Source: Eledone cirrhosa (lineage: Eukaryota). From it: a stretch of 64,000 nucleotides of DNA. Below the pieces are notes generated by a model that was given only the letters and a program-made list of their open reading frames with translations, had not been told where the DNA came from and searched no databases. Below, piece by piece: positions 49,481 to 63,650 of the stretch. A program made the position numbers and the translations under genes. The DNA lies in contig OZ024760.1 in the NCBI GenBank assembly GCA_964016885.1, positions 20,646,001 through 20,710,000 on the forward strand, read 5' to 3'. Position 1 is the first letter of the stretch, and each line of letters starts with the position of its first letter.

Positions 49481-50804
49481 TTCTATCTATTGAAGTACTG
49501 GGTGTTTCAGATAGGGTTCTTGGCATTGACCAGGGTTGAGAGGATCGTACAAGATGTTTAGGCCCTTAAAATGCTTCAATCACAGCATTGACCAGGATTT
49601 AGCTGGCTGTAGAGGATCCTGTGAGAAGTTTATACCCTCTAAGCAGGCACTGATTATGCTTTAGCTGGAAGTAGCAGATCCTACGAGAAGTATATGCCCT
49701 TAAACTGCTTCTTTTTTTCTTTCGATCGAAAAAAAAAAAAAAAAAATGACTTCAATGGTTGATGGAGTCAGTTTTGGGGATATCAAAGGCTGTGTATAGA
49801 GGTTTTCGTTTTATGTATAATCACACACTAAATGTGGTTGGCCGTTAGGAAAGGCATCCAGCTGTAGAAACCAAGCCAAAATCAGTTCTGTGCAAGCAAA
49901 TCATGGTCTCTTGACCTGATCTCTCACAAATAAACAGCCCATGCCACCACAACAGAAACCACATGGGCCTCCTTATAAGCTGGTTGTGCTGATAACAAAA
50001 GAGAAATTATAAGGAAAAACCCAGTGGCACAGCAAAATATCTAAGGGCGAATTGAACTCTGAGACCTTAGTATTTCACCAAATGTGGAGGAGGGTGGTTT
50101 TGGTGCGCCATATAGGCTTACTTCAATGTTTCTAACTGCTTACTCGGAGTGGCAGATGGACTAGAGTGGAACTAAAGTTCACAGAGGAATGGACATAACC
50201 AATTAAAACATCATATCTGTTTGTTCCCCTGGATTACTTCAGAAACTTAACCTCCTTGGTTAAGATGAGAAACCATCACGTAACCATAAGCACCCTCGAC
50301 ATGTAGTACGGCTTTATGAATAAAGGATTGTTAAACCTCTTCACAAGCATCCTTATTGTATATATACTCCATCATGAACCAATAAATTATATTTGGAAGA
50401 AAATACATGGCATTGAGTTCTTCAATCTACTTACATCATTATTCACTGATCGGTGTGTTGTATATGCAACCCTGATTAGTCACCATGTTTACTGTAAGTA
50501 TATATATAGGCTCACAAAGCTCCATATGCAGCTGCTCTTCCCATATGCATCTAGTTCCCTTCCTTATCTAGGCGCACATACAACATTGATTCACCACACT
50601 TTACACATAAAAAAATCTAAACAAACATGTAGAAACGCACACACTCATTTCTCACTTAGCGTTGAATAGTGTGGTTGCTATGACACACACATATATATAT
50701 ATAGCTGAATTTACACAAACACATATACATATGTATATTTATATATACTTACGTATAAAGTATTTGTGTGTTTTTTGGATCGATCGACTTTCGTCAAATC
50801 GGAC

Positions 50805-50991
50805 CTAGGAAACAATGTTTCCGTTGGTCTTTCCAATTGCTATTACTATCTATCGGTCGCAACTCCAGGTAGAAGGAGCAACGTGAAATAAAGTGTCTTG
50901 CTCAAGGACATAACGCATCGCCCGGTTCAGGAATCGAACTCACAACCTCAAGATTGTGAATCCAATTTTCTAACCACTCAGCCACACGCCT

Positions 50992-50992
<1 letters not shown>
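50805..50992 (-). mobile_element. tRNA-derived SINE (also ~39008-39165)
   Basis: Minus strand GGCGTGTGGCTGAGTGGTTAGA...GAGTTCGATTCC...CCTTGAGCAAGACACTTT. Confidence 0.8.
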
Positions 50993-51034
<42 letters not shown>

Positions 51035-51089
51035 TACCTGTCTACTAAGCTACTCCTACACTTTACCCATTGCCCTGCAAAGTTCCCAC

Positions 51090-52250
51090 AGACATTTACA
51101 GTGTGGGCTGGGTGCTTATTGCCGTGTCTCCTACACCACCACTTTATAGTGTATGCTGGATGTTTTTGTGGTACCAACATAACTTTACAGAGTAAGGGTG
51201 GTGTGGGCTGAAGTGGGGGGGGGGGGTATAGTGGATCAAGTGGTGCCTACTAGGTGTATGTTTGAGTCCATGCACAGGGAAGGTGGGTCTTCTGTATTAC
51301 TGCATAACGCCAAAGATCTCGATCTTATGTCATTGTCTTGAGAGGTGCAAGTGATTTTATCACCTCATCCCAGGTCTTTCTGGGTCTTCCTACTGCGTAG
51401 CTTCCATCAATTTTGATTGCCCTGTACCTTTTTATACAGCTGTCGTCCTTCATATGCATCAGATGACCATACCAACACAATCTCCTCTCTAGTATACTGC
51501 ATCTGATCCCTCAAATGCCTAATTTCTCACTTAGTTCATTTGTTTTACCGTTTATGTATCTTACTATTACACAGCCATCGGAGCATGCATGCTTCATTTC
51601 TTTCCAATCTGTGCAGATCCTCTGCACAGTGCCCAGGTCTCACTACATGTAACATTGCTGTTCGTATACAAGCATTGTACAATCTGCCTTTCATTTTTAG
51701 GGAGAAACCTTTTCTGGCCAACAGTGGTATTAGCTCTCTGAACTTTTTCCATCCCATTCTTACTCTGGATACTCTACTTTCAGAACATCTTCCTCCACTG
51801 CTGATTTTGTCACCCAGGTAACGGGAAGTATTGACTAATTATGTAGAACCTCCTGGGCAATTGAAGAAGCTAGTATCCTGTGGGCACTTACTACTTATTG
51901 CACCTGAGCTTTTCCCTACTTGCAAAACTGGGACGGGTCCTCTTCAGCACAGGATCTCTACATTTGTCACCGTCCTTCGCCATCTCCTCTGTGAGCTTCA
52001 GCGATCCGAGGTCAGCTCTCACCACTCCTGCCCATGTTTACGGTGGTTTTCCTTCTACTGGGACTACCTGGCACTTCTTTACACAGTGGTCATCATCCAT
52101 GGCCATACCAACACAGTCTTCTCTCCTGCACACTACAGTTTATTTCTCTTATACACAATTTCACCCTCAACTCGTCCATGCTTGGTTGTTCAGGCACATT
52201 GACATCGCACATCCATCGAAGCATGCTCAGTACATTTCTCTCCAGCCTTT
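51090..52250 (-). mobile_element. Two adjacent degenerate RTE 3' fragments
   Basis: GWKKFRELIPLL..GRLYNACIRTAMLH (51545-51757) and RLERN..RRLCWYGH (52093-52302). Confidence 0.85.
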
Positions 52251-52756
52251 GCTGCCCCTGCGCTCCCACTACTGGCTTGTCAGCCTCTCTCTGCCTCATC
52301 ACCCTTCTCTCTCTTGTAAAATGAAAACTTACAACCTACACTACAACCAACACATACATCAGTCTACCTCCCACACAGCAGTCAAAACGAAAACAACAAA
52401 GGGGAAAGGTCTTTACATTGACCCCAGTGTATTACTGCTGCTTTATTTTAACGACCCCAAAATGGATGAAAGGCAAATTAGATATTGGCAGAATTTGAAC
52501 TCAGGATGGATGTAATAATAATAATCCATATTATGGTTTCTGATTGAGACACAAGGTCAAACATTTTTAAACGAGAGGAAAGTTGATTAAATCAACCTCA
52601 GTACATTACTGGTACTTTATTTTATCAACCCCGTAAAGACGAAAGGCAAAGTTAACCTCGGCGGGATTTGAACTCAGAACGTAAATGTCCGTAACTCTAT
52701 GCTGCATAGTATGTTGTCCAGTACTCTACCAATACTGAAAATCCACCGCCCTAATA

Positions 52757-53424
52757 ATAATGTTTTCTTTATTAACCACAAGGGTAGACATTAAGGACAG
52801 TACAGGACAATACAGGACGGTACAAATGGGCATTGCTGCGTGTAAAAAACAAAAACAGAGGATGTAACAAAAAATAACAATGAAAAATTCCCCAATAGGG
52901 GGGAGACTTCGGAGGGACATTTGTGGAGAAAACCCAGTAAAAGGCCACAGTGACCCTGACCACCAGGGCAAGTGCCCTCTCCCAGTTTTCCACCTTTAAT
53001 TTACAGATATATACTCAGAGTAGGCCCATTCACTCGGGCCATTCTTGCTTCTCTCACCCATCTTTCAACAAAATGCTGGGAAGAGAGCACTTCCCTCTCT
53101 ACTCTGATTTTCTTTTTCAAATGAAATTTGAAAAAGTCAATCAGGGCATCACCGAAGAGGTAAGTGCTCCTCTTCAGCCCTTTCAAACGTGTCCACCATA
53201 CTATCTCTTTCGCCATGGCCACCAGACAGATAAAAACTGCCTGCCCTTCCCGGCTAAAGGAGGAGGGCGGGGCAATCCTCACGATGGACCCAGATGATAG
53301 CCGGATCCGTCCTAAACGCGACAGCAGGTGTTCGACATAAACCCACAAGTCAGCAATTTTCGGACACTGGACGAGTGCGTGCAAGGACGGTTTCGTCGCC
53401 CTGCGCGCATCTCGGACATGCCCT
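52757..53424 (-). mobile_element. Tx1/L1-clade LINE 3' end
   Basis: CPRCAQGDETVLHALVQCP CCHC knuckle, AKEIVWWTR..FVERW, AATAAA end. Confidence 0.8.
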
Positions 53425-53905
53425 AATAATAATAAAAACAATGATGATAAAACAAAACAATTCCACAGAAATACGTATAAAGCAAAATACAAAATGAAAA
53501 ACACTGAAAAACGTTTGATTGTGTCAGGGAATTTTAAAAAATATATATTTACATTTCCTTGTTGTATATGTAACAGGTTGTTGGTATATTTGCTACATGT
53601 AACATGTATTTCTTTTTAGCTGTCTTCTTTTTTTGTTGGTTTGTTTATCTTATATAATCATGATAGGAATGGTTTAAAATGTATGTATGATTGAGTGCAG
53701 CATGTGTGTGTATACACACACATATATATATATATATATATTGTTTGTGTGTGTATCTTACTTAACTGTGGTTTCTTCCCAATACTCTTCAGAAAACCAT
53801 TCTTAATCTTATATATATATGTTTATATATGTGTGTATATATATATGTGTGTGTATATATATATGTGTGTATATATATATATGTATATATATATATGTGT
53901 ATATA

Positions 53906-53946
<41 letters not shown>

Positions 53947-54279
53947 GTGTATATATATATATATATATATGTGTATATATATATGTATGTATATGTATAT
54001 ACACACCACTCCACATTAATTCTTCAGAATCTGTGGGAGAGAAGAGCTCTCTAAATGGGGAGACAACTCATCTTTTCTTTATTAACTTTTTATCCTTTCC
54101 TTTTTTTTTACCTCTGAAATAATTTGTTAAAAGGTTAATCAAAAGATATTAATTATAATATTTGGCTCGTTTGCTGCTTGTATTTCCTATTGATTGTTCT
54201 TGTTTAGTTGTATCTTCCACTATATACCCCTCCCCACTGTTTTTGTCTTACCGTTAGCCCTTTCCACCTGTTACATCTT

Positions 54280-55105
54280 TAATAATAATAATAATTGTTT
54301 TTACTTTTGGCACAAGGCCAGCAATTTGAAGGGGAGGGGAGAAGTCAATTAAAATTGACCCCAGTGCATTACTGGTATTTTAGTTTATCAGCCCTGTAAG
54401 GATGAAATGCTAAGCTAGCTTTGGCAGGATTCGAACTCAGAATATAAAGGCCCATAACGATATCCCACAAAGCATGTCCAGTGCTCTCCCGATACTGTCA
54501 ATCTACCACCCTAATAATTGTTTCTACTTTTGGCACAAGGCCAGCAATTACCCAGTACATTACTGGTACTTTATTTTATCGACCCCGTAAGGATGAAAGG
54601 CAAAATTAACCTCGGCGGGATTTGAACTCAGATTGGAAAGGGCTGTAACTCTATGCGTCAAAGCATGGCGTCCGACCCTCTACCGTACTGCTAATCCACT
54701 GCCCTCATAATACCACCCTAATAATAATAATTGTTTCTACTTTTGGCACAAGGCCAGCAATTATCCCAAGTGTATTACTGGTACTTTATTTTATTGACCC
54801 CGTATTAGCTCAAAGCTTACAATTTGGGGGAGGGGAAAGTTAACCCCCACTAAGGATGAAAAACTAAGCTAACTTCAACAGGATTTGAACGCAGTGTAAA
54901 GGGCCGTAACTATATGCCACAAAATATTTTGTCTGATATTTTACTGATACTGCCAATCCACCACCGTAATAATAATAATAATAATAATAATAATTGTTTC
55001 TATTTTAGGCACAGGGCCAGCAATTTGAAGGGGGAGGGCAAAGTCGATTAAATTTTACCCAGTGTATTACTGGTACTTTATCGACCCCGTAAGGATGAAA
55101 TAATA
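54280..55105 (-). mobile_element. Head-to-tail cluster of S2 SINEs (three near-complete plus one partial)
   Basis: AATAATTGTTTCTACTTTTGGCACAAGGCCAGCAATT restarts at ~54290, 54513, 54726 and 54988. Confidence 0.85.
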
Positions 55106-55294
55106 ATTCTAGATGATTCTTCCATACATTCCCATAATCCAGATAATTTCCCTTCTATCCCATTTCTTAAAAAATTTTGGGTGTGTATTTTCTTTTCTTT
55201 GTTGTTATTTTTGTTTGGCCCTTGGTGCCTTTTTTTGTTCTTTTTTTTTTTTTTTGTTTTGTTACTGACTGTTTGTTTGTTTGAAAGAAATCAG

Positions 55295-55330
<36 letters not shown>

Positions 55331-55629
55331 ATTGGTGTTCCAGCTTGGCCTGTGTTGTGGGCTGGAACATTCAAGAGAAACGATCCCCCATCCATTAAAA
55401 AAGAAAACAATTATAGTACAAGTGAAGTTTTGGCTAGCAGTGATAGAATGAGTGTCATGTAGTCTTGGTGACACATTCAGCATGTTGAACTGCAGGCCCA
55501 TAGCCTCCCCTACACACCTTCTGTATGTTTTTTTTAATTAGTCATTTGCACAGCAGCAGTTGGTGTTGTTGTTGTTGTTGGTGGTGGTGTTGTTGGTGGT
55601 TGCGATGGTGGTAGTTGAGGGGGGATGAG

Positions 55630-56414
<785 letters not shown>

Positions 56415-56434
56415 AAAGTAACCAAAGTTTTGAT

Positions 56435-56578
56435 TTAAGCAAATGAAACATTTGGCCGCGTGTCTCTATTTCCATAGTAACGGACTTCTCGTAGCAACTG
56501 GTGACGCTCACTCTCTTTGTGTGTTAAGTTTGTCATGCTATCATTGGGAAATGTGTCAAATGTTATTTCACCAGCCAA
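56435..56578 (-). CDS. Candidate terminal coding exon ([15 protein letters not shown]...RPNVSFA*)
   Basis: Acceptor ctttatttttcag|; only one frame open; unique non-repeat sequence. No family recognised. Confidence 0.35.
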   Translation of the reverse strand: MAGEITFDTFPNDSMTNLTHKESERHQLLREVRYYGNRDTRPNVSFA

Positions 56579-56596
56579 CTGAAAAATAAAGAAAGT

Positions 56597-57050
56597 AATA
56601 ATGATATCTTCATTAACCACAAGGGTTTACATAAAGGAAATAATTACGGACAGTACAAAATTGCGTTTCTCCGGGTATAAAAGGAAACACAATAACAATA
56701 ACAAATTCCCAAATAAGGGGAAGACCACCAAGGATTACTCATGGAGAAAGCCCACAAACTCCACAGTCACCCTGACCACTTGGGTAATTGCCCTTCCTCA
56801 ATGATACAGGCACACACGCTCTCTCACCTACCTTTCAACAAACTGGCTGGAGAACAACACTACCCTCTCCACCCTTATTTTCCTTTTCAGATGAAACCTG
56901 AAAGAAGTTATTTGAGAGCAGCACTGAAGAGGAAAGTGCCCATCTTCAACCCTTTCAGATGCGTCATCCATATGACCTTTCACCATGGCCACCAGGCAGA
57001 TAAAAACTGGCTGCCCTTCCTGCATAAAGGAGGGCATCGGGCCAAACTTC
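56597..57050 (-). mobile_element. Tx1/L1-clade LINE 3' fragment
   Basis: EGQPVFICLVAM..FRFHLKRKIRVER; paralogous to 52757-53280. Confidence 0.75.
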
Positions 57051-57177
57051 GTGAGAGACTCAGCTATTTGCTACAAGGTTGCCGAATGAGGAGACATTAC
57101 AAATATAAATTACATAAAGTATGCGTGTGTCTCTAACTAGATTTACTAATGTAACTATAATTGCATTTGCCATACAT

Positions 57178-57210
<33 letters not shown>

Positions 57211-57570
57211 ATAATAGTAATAAACAAAAGATATAACTTTACAACATCACTATTTATTTCATTATATATATTTCGGGGATGCAACAATTTTTTTGACATA
57301 AATTATAACATGCCTTCTTCAGATAAAATGTTTGATGACATACTTAACAGATCAATTACAAGTGGGTATATGATATCATAATCATATACCCACTTGAAAT
57401 TGATCTGTTAAGTATGTGATCAAACATTTTATACATCTCATGTTGTATTTTATCTGAAGAAGGCATGCTATAATTTATGTCAAAAACATTGTTGCATCCC
57501 CGAAATATATAAAATATATATAATGAAATAGTGATGTTATAAAGTTATATCTTTCGTTTATTACTATTAT
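57211..57570. mobile_element. Fold-back pair of H2-related elements, hammerhead in each arm
   Basis: ATTTTAT-CTGAAGA-AGGCATG...GCATCCCC-GAAATATATA at 57447-57529 (+) and 57256-57329 (-). Confidence 0.75.
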
Positions 57571-58871
57571 CATCATAATACTCCAGATTAATTTTACTTG
57601 TCGAGTGATTCGTGTCTGTTATGAACATAACTCAGTTGATTACATATTATCTCCGCTATAATTTAACTTTTTATCCCTGAATAATCTCACCTTAAATTGA
57701 ACTTTTTAGAATTTTACATTGCAGAATTATCTTCCCGTATGATATTTATTTTTAGAACTCTTCTTGTATCATATTACCAATTGATTTCGTTATTATTTTT
57801 CGTCCGTGAATTATTTCCCATAGTTATTTATTTAAGCAATTTTTCTCCAATAAGTTAATTCCCTTTAATTTAATTTTCTGGAACATTTTACTCCATAAAC
57901 TCTCTGTCCTTCGGGTTATTTTTTATTAGTTAGGCTTTTAGAAATTTTCTCTACAACATTTACTTTTACAATATTTCACTTTTGAATTATCCGTCCCCAA
58001 TTAGTTTTCTTTTTAAAGAATTTACACAGCTGAATTATTTTCCCTTGAATTTAAAATTCTTTTTATCTTTTATCTCTGAATTTATTTCCTCTCCGGATTT
58101 TGTTTTAGAATTAATTATCTTTCCTTAAATTTGATTTGTAATAATTTTTATCCCCAAATTATTTCCCCTATACAGCTGGATTTTCTCTACTTGAATTAAT
58201 TTTTTAGGACTTTTCATGCTTCAATTATCTCCCACTTGGATTATTATTATTTTTGCTTTAGAACCTTTCTTCCCAGAATTATCTCCACTAGTGGCTTCTT
58301 TTTTACAATACCTCACACACTGAATTATCTACACTACTCAATATTTTTTAGAATCTACACAACTGAATTATTTCTTTTGAATTTTTATCCCTCATTTATC
58401 TCCCCATGGGAATATTTTGTTAGAATTGCATCCTCATGGAGTCCAGTTATGGCCACCTAAGGTCATACATACATGTTAAGTGTATGAAATATTAAAATAT
58501 ACTTAATATGGTTTCTTATACTAGATTGAGCATTGTTATCCATGGCTTTCTATCTACTGATATTCTGCATATACATATATAAAATGAGCAAAAAATCATA
58601 CATACAAACAGTTGCATAAAATGTGTAGGCAACTGCATCTTTACCTTATCAGCCACCTTACTAGCATGTAATTTCCTGCATTACAGTGTTATTGCACTTG
58701 TATTGCCAGTTTGTGCAACAGATTGGAGAAGTTTGCGCATTGGATAGGAAAATTTATTTAAGCTCCACCAGGAACTTAACAAAAAAAAAAGGTTCTGTTA
58801 CAAAATTTAAGATTTTATATATATGGTTGGAAGATCACTGATGAAGGACTAACTTTATTCATATATATATA

Positions 58872-59850
58872 TCATCATCATCATCACCGTTTTACGTCCG
58901 TTCTTCCACGCTAGCATGGGTTAGACGGGTTGTCCTGTTGTGGGCAATGTCTGGTCGGCTGACCATGCCTTGCTCATACAGGAACTGATCTGGCTTGATT
59001 TCTACAGCTGGATGCCCTTCCTAACACCAACCTCATTTACAGTGAGTGCTGGGTGCTTTTTCGTGGCGCCTACACGTCCACTTTACAGTGTGGGCTGGGT
59101 GCTTTTTTGCCGTGGCACCTCCACGACCACCTTGCGGTGGGGGCATATTGTTTATATGCTTCAGCATGTACCCATGGGAGGTCGGGTACCCTGTATTACT
59201 GCGTGACGCCAGAAGTCACGGTTGTGTGTCACTGACTTTGAGAGGTGTAGTTGGGTAAGGTCGGCTTTTATCACCTCATCCCAAGTCATCTTGGGTCTCC
59301 CCACTCCGCGGTTTCCATCAACTTCTAGTGCTCTGCACCTTTTTATGCAGCTGTCATCCTTCATATGCATCACATGTCCATACCAGCGTAACCGCCTCTC
59401 CTGCACGCAGCATTTGATTCCTCTTATGCTCAGTCTCTCTCTCAATTCCTTTATGCTTTGTCGTTCACGTATATTACTGTTACACATCCATCGGAGCATG
59501 CAGGCTTCGTTTCTCTCTAATCTACGTAAGTCTTCCACCTTCAGCGCCCAGGTCTCACTACCATGCAACATCGCTGTTTGGATACACGCATCATACAGTC
59601 TGCCTTTCATTCTGAGGGAGAAGCCTTTTGCAGCTAGCAGTGGTAGTAGTTCCCTAAACTTCTTCCATCCCGTTCTTACCCTAGTTATTGTACTTTCTGA
59701 GCACCCACCTCCGTTGCTAATTCGGTCACCTAGGTAGCAGAAGCTGTCTACTGTTTCTACAGGGCCCTCCCAGAGATTGGTGGTACTTGTTTCCTGTGGC
59801 TGTTTGCTTGCTGTTTCAGCACAGCTGCTGCATGTGAATCCTACATTCTT
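58872..59850 (-). mobile_element. RTE LINE family B, 5'-truncated
   Basis: Near-identical to 29151-30150. Confidence 0.92.
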
Positions 59851-60407
59851 AATATATATATATATAACAAGAGGCTACTGAACAGACACACACACATATA
59901 TATATATATATATGTATATATATAATAATAAATACAAAGACCAAAATCCAGAAAGGACCCAATAAAGGATATATGTATGTATATGTGTGTGTATATATAT
60001 ATATATAGTAGAGCAAATGTTCACTACTAACATGGATTAAAAGTTTAAGCAAACAATTTCTGCTTTCATCATAAAACAAGATCTTCTGAAACCGAAAAAT
60101 GGTTGAAAGCAGACATTGTTTGCTTAAGCTTTTATTTTGTGCTAATAATATTTTGGTTACCTCATCATGTTTCCGTTTCTGTGGTCATTTGTGCCGTCAT
60201 CAATCTGGCACTTTGTCAAACACATGAAAACTAAGTCTTTAGAAAAACAACAGATAGATGGAGAGTGTCATCTCCTCAGTCAATGTCTGGAAATCACAAT
60301 GGTCTCAGAACATTATGGTTGATACCATTCATTCTAGTGCACATTGGGACGTAACACATTTTGAACAGGTAGAGACAAGTTATGTCCTTAAGCATATATA
60401 TATATAT

Positions 60408-60651
60408 GAGAACCTTCAAGGCTGTTTTTCTGTGGGTATGTCAACATTTATAAAACAAATTTTGTATTTTATCTGATGAAAGCGCACCAAAATTTGCCTT
60501 TGAAATATATATAATAAAATAATTATGGTTTTCTAAATATAGTTTCCATTTATTAATATATTAAATATTTACTCCAGTAATCTATTGAGTGCTTTATATC
60601 AGTTATAAAACTTTTCAGCTCGTTGAATCCCAACAAATTATATATAACTTT

Positions 60652-60656
<5 letters not shown>
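60408..60656 (+). mobile_element. Hammerhead-bearing short element (family H2)
   Basis: ATTTTAT-CTGATGA-AAGCGCA...TGCCTTT-GAAATATATATA-ATAAAAT at 60466-60520; (TA)n flanks. Confidence 0.7.
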
Positions 60657-60699
<43 letters not shown>

Positions 60700-60701
<2 letters not shown>

Positions 60702-61922
60702 GGGTACGGATGGTATTTGAGGACAGATTTATGGTTTTTAAAAAATGCTTATATTATAACAGAAAAAAACTGTATTCTTATAAAAATAACATAAACATAA
60801 AGCTAAATTATCAATTTAATAATTTCATTCAATAAAACTGCCCCTATGCGGTGCCAAAATCGTTTACAAGCTCAGATTAAGTGGTCCTTGTTCATATCCA
60901 ACATGACTCGAACTATGGGGCTTTCAAAGAATCTTTGGTGCTATGGGGTTGTTCATTGATATTTTTCTCAATAATGCTCCATACCTAGTAGTCCAGTGGA
61001 TTGAGATCTGGAGAATTAGGAGGCCAAATGTTGGGGGTGATGTGATCATGCAAATTGTCGGCCATCCATTCTTGTGTCATTTGAGCCTTATGTGATGGTG
61101 CAGAATCTTGTTGAAAGACATAAGGCCTTCCATTGCATACACTGTTGATCCAAGGCTTAACAACGTTATCAAGAACCTCAATATATGCAGCAACATTCAC
61201 TCTAAGGTGGAAAAAAGTGAGGAGGCATCACATGTCCTTCATTGCTAACAACACCCCAAACCATGACACTTGCAGGAAATTGTGTGTGCATTACTCTTGG
61301 AACCTCAGAAGGGTCTGCACATAGCCACCTGTCATTTCTTTTGTTAGTTTTCTGATCCTGATCAAAGTTTTTCTCACCTGAGAAAAACCAAATCACATCA
61401 TCTTCTGATGGATTTTTAAGTTTGTTCAAAAGTCTTTTGGATCTGATTAAACGGTTTTCTTTTATTTTGTTTCTAAAATGAATTGACCTCTCCTCATCAC
61501 GCAAGATTTGTATCTGATTTCTTCATGCACAACATTTCTGATTGTTTTTTCTGACACACCAAAAATTTTTGCAATTGACCTCATTGATTTTCTAGGATTG
61601 TCATCATTGTTTTGCTTAACTTCCTGATAGGTGTCCTGATAGAATCAGAGCGTTTAGAATGTTTTTTACATTTTGATACAGGTAATACACTTCCATCTTC
61701 TTTCTCTAACTCACACCAAATCTTGTGGACAAAAGATCTTTAACTTTCAGAAAACGAGAAATTTCTAAAGCCTTCAAAGCCACAATCACAACATGCCTTT
61801 TCATTTCATTAGTAAGCATAGTTATTTTCATTGTTATTTTCTGAAATAGAAGTTCAATAAAAATTAGTCAAATAAAATAATGACTAAAAATGCATGTGTC
61901 CTCAAATACCACCTGCACCCTG
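60700..61922 (-). mobile_element. Tc1/mariner DD37D (maT) transposon, full length, transposase disrupted
   Basis: TIRs CAGGGTACGGATGGTATTTGAGGACA / TGTCCTCAAATACCACCTGCACCCTG|TA; FFSGEKNF, VMVWG, FQQDSAPSH...WPPNSPDLNPLDY with 37 residues between the last two Asp. Confidence 0.9.
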
Positions 61923-62989
61923 TATATGAGTGCGTCATAATGTTTGGACTAAAGGATGAATTTTTCAAGATAGTGTATTGATGTCTGAACTGAAAGTGAT
62001 TCATATGTCAATGAAGCCACTTCAAGTAAGGATTGAAACTGGAACAAAACTTAAAATTCCCAAATAAATATTTACCATTATATTACTGGCCCAAGAGAGT
62101 AAATTTGCAAAAAATGAAATTTTTTTAATTAAGAATTTAAAAAAATAGTAACAATAACAGTAACAACAATAACAACAGCAATGACTACTACTGCTAGTAT
62201 TACTACTACTACTACAACTACTGCTACTTCACATTCAGGAACCAAATAAAGCAGTCTATTAGAAGAATTACTGTGCAGATGGAATGATGATGATTTCTCC
62301 ATTGTTGAGGCAACACTAAATTTTACTGGTGAAGTAGGGTCTTAAAACTTTCTTGGATTTTTACTTTAACACTTAACATCCTGTACCACATGAAACCACA
62401 TTGGCAAAACACTCTTGAAAAGTACAAAACAACTCATTGACTACACCACATTAAAACATTAAAGTCATTGCATTTAATTTACTGTCAATTTTTTTACAAT
62501 AATCTGTCTACTAGTAAAGATATTATAAAGATCTGAATTAAGAAACCACATTGACAAGACATTCTTGAAAAGTACAAAAACAGCACTATAACTACATTAC
62601 ATTAAACGTTAAAGTCTTTTAGTTTACTGTCAAATTTTCACAACAATCTGCCACTAATAAAGATAATATAAACATTTGAATTAACAAACCTGAGTTAAAG
62701 TAAATGAAGAAATACAGCATGTGTGATTTAGTTTGAGATTTTTTTCCTATTTAGCCAAGGGAGGGGAGCGTAATGGCTATGACCCTTTTCAGGGCTTCAA
62801 AGACTGTCTGGTGGAAGTGAGGGAGAGAGGGACATATCCTTAAATCAGGAACTGGGGCTAAATTAAATTGAATTAAACTTTTAGATATGTGAACAGACCT
62901 TTGTTGGGGGTCAGCTTTGATGAAATCTGTTTTAGAGAAATTATGAGAGAGTATCATTAGGGTTTTATTGATTGATATGTCTAAAGAGT

Positions 62990-63650
62990 GACTTGGTGGT
63001 GGTGTTGAAATGACCAGTAATTCGAGTTTACAAGCCAAGGGTCAAGTGGTGGTGTTGAAGTGGGCAACAGATTAAGTCTACCAGCCAAGGGTGGAGTGGT
63101 GGTGTTGAAGTGGGCAACAGATTAAGTCTACCAGCCAAGGGTGGAGTGGTGGTGTTGAAGTGAGCAATAGATTAAGTCTACCAGCCAAGGGTCAAGTGAT
63201 GGTGTTGAAGTGGGCAACAGATTAAGTCTACCAGCTAAGAGTGAAGTGGTGGTGTTGAAGTGGGCAACATATTAAGTCTACCATCCAAGGGTCAAGTGGT
63301 GGTATTGAAGTGGGCAACAGATTAAGTCTACCAGCCAAGGGTCAAGTGATGGTGTTGAAGTGGGCAACAGATTAAGTCTACCAGCCAAGGGTGGAGTGGT
63401 GGTGTTGAGGTGGGCAACAGATTAAGTCTACCAGCCAAGGGTCAAGTGGTGGTGTTGAAGTGGGCAACAGATTAAGTCTACCAGCCAAGGGTCAAGTGGT
63501 GGTGTTGAAGTGGGCAACAGATTAAGTCTACCAGCCAAGGGTGGAGTGGTGGTGTTGAGGTGGGCAACAGATTAAGTCTACCACCTAGGGGTGAAGTGGT
63601 GGTGTTAAACCAGCCAACAATTTAAGTCTACCACCAAAGGGTGAGATGAT
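62990..63650. repeat. 50-bp minisatellite (~13 units)
   Basis: CCAAGGGTCAAGTGGTGGTGTTGAAGTGGGCAACAGATTAAGTCTACCAG units. Confidence 0.92.

Noticed and set aside
58836-58860. CTGATGAAGGAC hammerhead start
   Set aside because: No matching stem II 3' strand or GAAA follows; at most a truncated remnant.
61970-62850. Possible + strand exons (SVLMSELKVIHMSMKPLQ; KGGERNGYDPFQGFKDCLVEV)
   Set aside because: Short, phases do not join, no recognisable homology; cannot be distinguished from chance.
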